64,000 bases of DNA from the NCBI GenBank assembly GCA_038363005.1, contig JBBQBI010000009.1, positions 2,376-66,375 of the forward strand, written 5' to 3'. This document shows, in pieces, positions 8,893 through 15,163 of this stretch. The DNA comes from Rhodospirillales bacterium (lineage in GTDB: Bacteria > Pseudomonadota > Alphaproteobacteria > Kiloniellales > JACOMY01). The notes beneath the pieces were generated by a model. It was not told where the DNA came from, did not search any database, and saw nothing but the letters and a program-made list of their open reading frames with translations. The position numbers were made by a program, and so were the translations under genes. Position 1 is the stretch's first letter; each line of letters opens with the position of its first letter.

Positions 8893-10103
8893 AGCGCCGT
8901 CTGATCCTGCGCCTGGCGCTGGCCGAGGCGCGCCACGAGCGGCGCTTCCTGCTGCTCTCCGCCATCGGCCTGGCCGCTGTGCTGGCGCCGCTGCTGGTGC
9001 TACTGGCGCTGAAGGTCGGCGTGGTCGACGTGTTGCTGACCCGCCTGCTGGCCGACCCGGCCAATCGCGAGATCAAGGTGGCGCTGCACGGCGACTATGA
9101 CCGCGCCTTCCTGGACACGCTGGCGCAGCAGCCCGGCGTCGCCTTCCTGGTACCGCAGACCCGCTCGCTGGCCGCCACAGCACTGCTGGCGGCGGTCGAT
9201 GCCAACCCGCAGCAGACCGCCGATGCCGAGCTGATCCCCAGCGGCACCGGCGATCCCCTGCTGCCCGCCGCGCTGACCCTGGCGCCCAGCGACATCGCGC
9301 TCTCCGCCGACCTGGCCGAGCGGCTGACGCGGCAGCCCGGCGACAGCCTGCGACTGATCGTGACGCGGCAGAAGAACGGACGCGAGGAGCGTGTCTTCCT
9401 CGACCTCACGGTGGCGGCGGTGGTGCCGCGCGGCCGCCTGGGTGGGCGCAACGCGCTGGTGCCGGCGCCGCTGCTGGAGGCGCTGGAGGACTATCGCGAC
9501 GACATCGCGGTCAAGGCCTACGGCTGGACCGGTGCGAGCGAGCCACCGGTGCCGGACTCGCGGCACTACAGCCGCTTCCGCCTCTATGCCACCAGCCTGG
9601 AAGCCGTGGCGCCGCTGGCCGACCAGCTCGCCCGCCTGGGGGTGGAGACGGTGACCCGCGCCAGCGACATCGACAGCGTGACGCAGCTGAACCGCAGCCT
9701 GTCGCGCATCTTCGCCATCATCGCTGGGCTGGGCGGCCTGGGCTACGTCGCGGCGCTGGCGGTCAGCCTGCTGACCGACGTGGAACGCAAGCGCCGCACC
9801 CTGGCGCTGCTGCGCCTGCTGGGCCTGCCGCGCCGGGCGCTGGCCGCCCTGCCGCTGCTGCAGGCCGGATTGATCGCGCTGGCCGGCTTCCTGCTCGCCC
9901 TCGGGCTCTACTACCTCGCCGCCGAAGCGGTGAATCGCTCGTTCGCGCAAGGGCTTATCCCCGGCGAGCGGCTGGCCGGCCTGCCTGCGGGGCATATCCT
10001 GGCCGCCTTGGCCGTAACACTCCTGGTGGCTTTCGGTGCCGCGGCCTGGGCCGCGCGCCGGGCCTCACGCGTGGAACCGGCGGAGGGCTTGCGTGATGTC
10101 TAG
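8889..10103 (+). CDS. FtsX-family ABC permease (4 TM, large periplasmic loop)
   Basis: The ATG overlaps the ATPase stop (ATGA). There is an N-terminal TM, a loop of about 230 aa, then three C-terminal TMs ending in the typical ARRASRVEPAEGLR tail. It occupies the last 404 codons of listed ORF 7938..10103. Confidence 0.75.
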   Translation: MKRRLILRLALAEARHERRFLLLSAIGLAAVLAPLLVLLALKVGVVDVLLTRLLADPANREIKVALHGDYDRAFLDTLAQQPGVAFLVPQTRSLAATALLAAVDANPQQTADAELIPSGTGDPLLPAALTLAPSDIALSADLAERLTRQPGDSLRLIVTRQKNGREERVFLDLTVAAVVPRGRLGGRNALVPAPLLEALEDYRDDIAVKAYGWTGASEPPVPDSRHYSRFRLYATSLEAVAPLADQLARLGVETVTRASDIDSVTQLNRSLSRIFAIIAGLGGLGYVAALAVSLLTDVERKRRTLALLRLLGLPRRALAALPLLQAGLIALAGFLLALGLYYLAAEAVNRSFAQGLIPGERLAGLPAGHILAALAVTLLVAFGAAAWAARRASRVEPAEGLRDV

Positions 10104-11880
10104 TCTCCGCTTTGGGCGGACAGGATTGGAAGCCCCTCTCCCGCGCACAGCGCGGGGGAGGGGTTGGGGAGGGGGTGGTTGCCAGGTGGGCTCGCCTGTT
10201 GAGACCCCCTCCCCAGCCCTCCCCCGCTTCGCAGGAGAGGGAGTTCTGGCGGCGCTGTTGCTCGTTCTCTGTACGCTCTTCACACCCACCCAGGCCGCCG
10301 AGCCTTGGCCCGAGACCCTGGTCAATCCGCAGCCGGCCACCGGCGACCTGCTGGTGCCGCTGCCCTGCGGCGGCGCCATGGCTTTCCGCTGGGTGGCGAC
10401 GCCGGCGGGCACGTCCTGGCTCGACGACCTGCAGGTCTTCATGGGTCGCGCCGCCGACGAGGCCTCCTACAACGAGTTCGCCCATCTCTCGCACCTGGCC
10501 GGCGGCCTGTCGCTGGACGGCAGCGCCGCGCTGCGCGGCTACTGGCTGGGCAAGTACGAGGTGAACGAGGCGCAGTGGCAGGCGGTGATGGCAGGCGATT
10601 GCGCCACTCCGCCCGCCAGCGCGCGCCGCGCCGCCGGCGGGCATTCCTGGTTCGAGGCCGTGGCCTTCGCCGAGCGCCTGACCGAATGGCTGCTGCAGAA
10701 CCAGCCCGGCGCCCTGCCGAAGGCCGGCGAGACCACTGCCTACCTGCGCCTGCCGACCGAAGAGGAGTGGGAATACGCCACCCGCGGCGGCAGCGCGGTG
10801 ACCGAGGCCGAGTTCCGCGCCCCGCTGTTCCCCATGCAGGGGCCGCTGTCGGGCTATGCCTGGACGCAGGAGAGCCAAGCCTGCCAGGGCAAGCCGCAGG
10901 TCATCGGCCTGCTGAAGCCCAACCCCTTGGGCCTTTACGACCTGCTGGGCAATGTCGAGGAGCTGATGCTGGAGCCCTATCGCGGCACGCTGGCCGGCCG
11001 GCCGCATGGCCAGGTCGGCGGCCTGGTGGCGCGCGGCGGCTCCTGCCTGTTGAACGGCAGCCAGCTGCGCTCGGCACTGCGTACCGAGTATCCGCCCTTC
11101 GATGTGCACAGTGGCCAGGCGCTTCGCCTGCCGCTGCTGGGTTTCCGCCTGACCATCGCCGCGCCGCTGGCGATCGACGCCGCGCGCATCGCCGCGCTGA
11201 AGGGCGACTGGAGCGACCTGGTGGCCGCCCGCCAGGGTGACGCCGGCGCCGATCCCCTGGCGGTGGTCGACCAGGTGGCGGCCGAGCTGACCGACCTGCA
11301 GGCGCGCGACCGGCTGAGCGCGGCGCTGCTGGCGCTGCGCAGCCGCGAGGGCGCGCGCAAGGAGGCCGAGGCCCGCGCCCTGCAGTCGCTGCTGCTGGCC
11401 GGCACCGCCATGGCCAAGAGCTACTACGACCTAGCGAAGAACGACCAGGCGCTGGCCGGCTTCGCCGCCGACTACCAGAAGCAGCTGGACAAGAACCCCG
11501 ACCCGGCCTCGGCCGGGCACAAGCAGTACAAGGCGTTGCTGGAGAGCCTGCAGGCCAAGCGGGCGGAACTGGCTGGGCGCCTGGCGCTGGCCGGCGCCGC
11601 CTATCTGGAGGTGCTGCTGCAGACCGCCGAGGGGGCCGATCCGGCGGCGCGCGCCGACCAGCTGGCGCTGCTCAAGGACCGCATCGCCCGCCTGGGGCAG
11701 CTGGCCGCCGGCAGCGACGCCGCCGCCCGCGCGCAGCTGCTGGACCTCGCCGCCTGCGTGGTGGCGCAGGCCGACGACCTGGCGGCGGGCCGAACCGAGG
11801 ATTCCAGCGTTTACCTGGGGGAGTACGTCGCGCTGGCGGCTACGCCGGGCGGCCAGACCGCCAGCGGCTGCCGCCTGTAA
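10096..11880 (+). CDS. FGE-sulfatase (SUMF1/PvdO-type) domain protein with a helical C-terminal extension; start uncertain
   Basis: Motifs are GYWLGKYEVNEAQW, HSWFEAVAFAERL, RLPTEEEWEYATRGG, NPLGLYDLLGNVEELM and RGGSC. The signal-like LAALLLVLCTLFTPTQA/AEP follows the REP-encoded stretch. ATG 10096 overlaps the permease stop, but the true start could be CTG/TTG at about 10246-10258. Confidence 0.75.
   Translation: MSSLRFGRTGLEAPLPRTARGRGWGGGGCQVGSPVETPSPALPRFAGEGVLAALLLVLCTLFTPTQAAEPWPETLVNPQPATGDLLVPLPCGGAMAFRWVATPAGTSWLDDLQVFMGRAADEASYNEFAHLSHLAGGLSLDGSAALRGYWLGKYEVNEAQWQAVMAGDCATPPASARRAAGGHSWFEAVAFAERLTEWLLQNQPGALPKAGETTAYLRLPTEEEWEYATRGGSAVTEAEFRAPLFPMQGPLSGYAWTQESQACQGKPQVIGLLKPNPLGLYDLLGNVEELMLEPYRGTLAGRPHGQVGGLVARGGSCLLNGSQLRSALRTEYPPFDVHSGQALRLPLLGFRLTIAAPLAIDAARIAALKGDWSDLVAARQGDAGADPLAVVDQVAAELTDLQARDRLSAALLALRSREGARKEAEARALQSLLLAGTAMAKSYYDLAKNDQALAGFAADYQKQLDKNPDPASAGHKQYKALLESLQAKRAELAGRLALAGAAYLEVLLQTAEGADPAARADQLALLKDRIARLGQLAAGSDAAARAQLLDLAACVVAQADDLAAGRTEDSSVYLGEYVALAATPGGQTASGCRL
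10133..10241. repeat. two REP-type hairpins (10133-10163 and a degenerate copy at 10217-10241)
   Basis: CCCCTCTCCCGCGC-aca-GCGCGGGGGAGGGG forms a 14-bp stem with one mismatch. CCCTCCCCCGC-ttc-GCAGGAGAGGG is the degenerate copy. Both lie inside the 5' part of the FGE-domain reading frame. Confidence 0.65.
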
Positions 11881-11917
11881 TCGAGATGCTAGACTGTTCG
11901 AAGTGGAGAGCTTGCCC

Positions 11918-12709
11918 ATGACCGCCCGCATCGCCCCGCGACCGCTGCCGCCACCCGCCCGCCCGCTGCGGCGGGCCGCGACACTGCTGCTTGCCGCCAC
12001 GATGGCGCTGGCCGGCTGCGCCTCGCAGCGCACCGCAGGCCCCAGCTTCGATGCCAGCGCCCCTGGCCTCACCGCCGACCAGCGCACGGTGCGCGAGGTG
12101 GCGCAGAAGGTCACGCCGCCGGAGGAGCAGGGCGGCAACAACTGGTTCGGTGACAACGCCATCGTCCTTCTGGCGGCCGCCGGCTGCGTCGCCGGCGCGG
12201 TGGTCGGCGGTTCGGCGCGCGGCTGCCTGACCGGCGCGGTGATCGGTGGCCTGGCCGGCGCGGTGGCCCGCATCACCGTGTTCGACAAGCGCGACAGCTA
12301 CGCCAACGACAAGGATTTCGTGAACGCGGTGTCCGACGAGATGGACCGCGTGCTGGCCGAGAACGAGCAGCTGGTGCCGGCGGCCGAGCGCCTGGCCGAC
12401 GCGCACGAGCTGACCCTGTCGCAGCTGAAGGAGGCCTATGGCCGCGGCAGCATCGGCAAGGCGGAGTACCGCAAGCAGGTGGAGCCGCTGCTGGTCGACG
12501 AGCAGGCTTTGGCCTACATCGCTGAATCCAACAAGCAGCTGGCCAGCGACCTGGACAAGGCGCTGACCGGGGTCAACGTCGCCACCTCGCAGCAACAGCG
12601 GCTGGAGGACCAGGAAGGCGACTTCCTGGCCGATTCCGGCCGCATCCAATATGCCCAGGAACGCCTGTCCGGTGCCCTCGCCCAGGTGCCGAAAGAGGTC
12701 CTGAAGTAG
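11918..12709 (+). CDS. lipoprotein with a glycine-zipper segment and a coiled-coil C-terminal domain
   Basis: A GGAGAG RBS precedes ATG 11918 and the lipobox is MALAGC. The glycine zipper reads AAGCVAGAVVGGSARGCLTGAVIGGLAGAV. It is a paralogue of 12812..13564. Confidence 0.65.
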   Translation: MTARIAPRPLPPPARPLRRAATLLLAATMALAGCASQRTAGPSFDASAPGLTADQRTVREVAQKVTPPEEQGGNNWFGDNAIVLLAAAGCVAGAVVGGSARGCLTGAVIGGLAGAVARITVFDKRDSYANDKDFVNAVSDEMDRVLAENEQLVPAAERLADAHELTLSQLKEAYGRGSIGKAEYRKQVEPLLVDEQALAYIAESNKQLASDLDKALTGVNVATSQQQRLEDQEGDFLADSGRIQYAQERLSGALAQVPKEVLK

Positions 12710-12811
12710 CCGCCGTCACTCTGGGCAAAAGCATCCACAGGCTTTGATGGCGGGGCTATGCCACGAAGTCGCCACGTAACACGCAGAAGGTTTCCTGCCG
12801 GAGTTCACCCG

Positions 12812-13564
12812 ATGCTGAAGCAAATGATGGTCCTCGTCGCCGCCGCCAGTCTGGCCCTGTCAGGCTGCGCCAGCGGTTCGTCGCGCTACAGCAGCAGCAA
12901 CAACAGCCACCTGACGCCGGACCAGAAGGTGCTGCGCGCCAACGCCGCGCGCGTCGATCCGGAGAACGCCGGCAGCAACACGGTCGGCGAGGCCGTGGTG
13001 CTGGGCGCCGTCATCCTGGGCGCGGTCGGCTGCGGCATCGCGCTGCTGGCCGGCGGTAACGGCGGCGACTGCGCGGCGGCCGGCGTCGGCGGCGCGGCGG
13101 TGGGCGCGGCCGGCGGCTACATCGCCGGCAAGATGGTGCAGAAGGAACAGAAGGACTATGCCAGCCGCGAGGCCTATCTGGCGGACGTGATCGACGCCGC
13201 CGACACCGAGATCGCCGAGAACCGCCGCGCCGCCGATGCCGCCCAGCGCGTCACCGCGCAGCACGAGCGCCGCATCGACCAGCTGAATGCGCAGTACGCG
13301 CAGAAGAAGATCAGCAAGAAGGACTATCGCGACGAGGTCGCCGAGATGAGCATCGACCGCGACGCTATCGCCCTGGCAGTGGAAACCAACCAGCAGAAGA
13401 TCGCCGAGATGGAGGACCTGATCGACCAGGGCGGCCGCAGCAGCGACCTGCGCGCGCTGCGCGATCGCCGCGACGCGCTGGACGAGGAGAACCGGGCATT
13501 GGAGCGCCAGCTGGAAGAGATGGTGGCGCTGCTGTCCTCGACCCCCTCGGCGATGCAGTCATGA
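12812..13564 (+). CDS. lipoprotein with a glycine-zipper segment and a coiled-coil C-terminal domain (paralogue)
   Basis: The lipobox is LALSGC. The glycine zipper reads GAVGCGIALLAGGNGGDCAAAGVGGAAVGAAGGYIAG. The C-terminal helical region aligns by eye with the preceding protein (DSYANDKDF.. versus KDYASREAY..). Confidence 0.65.
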   Translation: MLKQMMVLVAAASLALSGCASGSSRYSSSNNSHLTPDQKVLRANAARVDPENAGSNTVGEAVVLGAVILGAVGCGIALLAGGNGGDCAAAGVGGAAVGAAGGYIAGKMVQKEQKDYASREAYLADVIDAADTEIAENRRAADAAQRVTAQHERRIDQLNAQYAQKKISKKDYRDEVAEMSIDRDAIALAVETNQQKIAEMEDLIDQGGRSSDLRALRDRRDALDEENRALERQLEEMVALLSSTPSAMQS

Positions 13565-14073
13565 GGCTGCCGCTCGCCATCCTGGCGCTGCTCGCGCTGC
13601 CGGCGCTGGCCGGCTGTGGCGGCTGCAGCGGCGACCCCGCCAGGGACGGCTTCGTCTGCGGCGTCAACTCGCTGAGCAAGGGCACCTACGACAAGCGCCA
13701 GGAGGCGCTGGAATCGGAGGCCGGGACCAAGCAGGCACAGGCGCAGCAGAGCGAACAGGAACGCCTGGCGGCCGAGGCGCGCGAGAAGCAGAGCGCCGCC
13801 GATGCGCGCGCGCTGGAGCAGAAGCTGGCCGACCTGGACCGCGCCATCGCCAATCGCCAGGCCGAGCTGCAGCAGGCCAAGGCCAAGGCCGGCGGCGACC
13901 GCGTCGCCGAGCTGAGGGCCCTCGAGCAGAAACTGGCCGAACTGCAGCAGCGCTATGCCAAGCTGCAGGCCGATGCCGCGGCCTCCAAATCAACCACGGC
14001 GGAGGTTGCCGACCTGGAGGCGCGCAACGCCGAGCTGCGCCGCCTGCTCGACCAGATGATCAAGAGCCTGTAG
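13561..14073 (+). CDS. small coiled-coil lipoprotein
   Basis: It shares an ATGA overlap with the upstream gene. The lipobox is PALAGC. The rest is a Q/A/E/K-rich heptad-like sequence. Confidence 0.6.
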   Translation: MRLPLAILALLALPALAGCGGCSGDPARDGFVCGVNSLSKGTYDKRQEALESEAGTKQAQAQQSEQERLAAEAREKQSAADARALEQKLADLDRAIANRQAELQQAKAKAGGDRVAELRALEQKLAELQQRYAKLQADAAASKSTTAEVADLEARNAELRRLLDQMIKSL

Positions 14074-14077
14074 CAGC

Positions 14078-15163
14078 ATGGCCGCGCCGGGGGAGCCGAC
14101 ACCAGACGAAGAACGCCGTGGCGGCCCGCGCGCCGTGGCGATCGCTGCCTGGCTGGCGCTTACCCTGATTCTCGGCGCCCTGGCGGTGGTCACACTGCAC
14201 GGCTGCGGTATCCGGCTGTTCGGCAACACGCTGCTGGACTTCTGCCCGGAGGAACCGGAGCAGGCGCTAGGCCCGCCGCCGGCCCTGCTGGCCGAGCGCG
14301 AGCGGGCCGACCGGCTGGACGAGCGGCTGCAGAACCTGAAGCTCGAGGTCGCCGCCATCGACTACTGCCCGACGCCGCCGGAGGTGCAGGTGGCGGAAAA
14401 GCCACCCGAAAAACCGCCGGAGAAGCCACCCGAGAAGCCGCCCGAAAAGCCCCCTGAGAAGCCGCCGGAGCAGGCCTGCAAGGACGTGCCGCCGGAGGAT
14501 CGCAAGGTCGACCTCTACCTGCTGCTCGACGCCTCGGGCTCCTTCGAGGAGGACCTGCCGTCGATCCGCAAGACCCTGCAGGACCTGATCACCCAGGCGG
14601 CGCAGGGCAAGATCAAGGGCAAGATCCGCCTCGGCCTCGGCAGCTTCATCGACAAGCCGCTGCCGGCCTATCCGCAGCTCTACACCTACAAGCACCACCA
14701 GAGCCTGACCGAGGACTTCGGCGCGGTGCTGAAGGCGTTGCGTGGCATCAAGATCTACGAGAACTACGACGAGCCGGAAGCGCAGCTCGAGGCCATGCTG
14801 GAGGCCGCCGGGCGCGCCGGGCAGATCGGCTATGACAACGAGGCCGAGCGCCTGCTGGTGGTGATCACCGATGCCGACTATCACCGCGCCGGCGACTACC
14901 CGGCGCCGGCCGAGGACGGCAAGGCCGACGGCAACGCGTTGAACGAGGACTACCCCTCGGTCGCCCAGGTGAAGCGCGCGCTGGAGAAGGCTGACCTGAC
15001 GCCGCTGTTCCTGGTAACGGCGGACGCCGCCGGCTACTACCGCAACCTGGTCAAGCAGCTCGGCCGCGGCAACGTCGTGACGATCACCTCGAACTCCAGC
15101 AACCTGCTGGCCGGCCTCGACCAGGGCGTCAAGCAGGTCTGCGGCGAAGGCATCTCGCAGTAA
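14078..15163 (+). CDS. membrane-anchored integrin-beta-I-like (vWA/MIDAS) domain protein with an (EKPP)6 stalk
   Basis: It has an N-in TM anchor, a conserved GCGIRLFGNTLLDFCPEE box, a short coiled coil and an (EKPP)6 repeat. The ectodomain carries DLYLLLDASGSFEEDL (MIDAS DASGS, nt 14528-14542), RLGLGSFIDKPL, YTYKHHQSLTE, DEPEAQLEAMLEA, RLLVVITDADYHRAGDY, DYPSVAQV..LFLVT and SNSSNLL. Confidence 0.8.
   Translation: MAAPGEPTPDEERRGGPRAVAIAAWLALTLILGALAVVTLHGCGIRLFGNTLLDFCPEEPEQALGPPPALLAERERADRLDERLQNLKLEVAAIDYCPTPPEVQVAEKPPEKPPEKPPEKPPEKPPEKPPEQACKDVPPEDRKVDLYLLLDASGSFEEDLPSIRKTLQDLITQAAQGKIKGKIRLGLGSFIDKPLPAYPQLYTYKHHQSLTEDFGAVLKALRGIKIYENYDEPEAQLEAMLEAAGRAGQIGYDNEAERLLVVITDADYHRAGDYPAPAEDGKADGNALNEDYPSVAQVKRALEKADLTPLFLVTADAAGYYRNLVKQLGRGNVVTITSNSSNLLAGLDQGVKQVCGEGISQ
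14396..14467 (+). repeat. six tandem 12-nt coding repeats encoding (EKPP)6
   Basis: The units are gaaaagccaccc, gaaaaaccgccg, gagaagccaccc, gagaagccgccc, gaaaagccccct and gagaagccgccg. The peptide is identical in all six units while the DNA is diversified synonymously. Confidence 0.9.
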
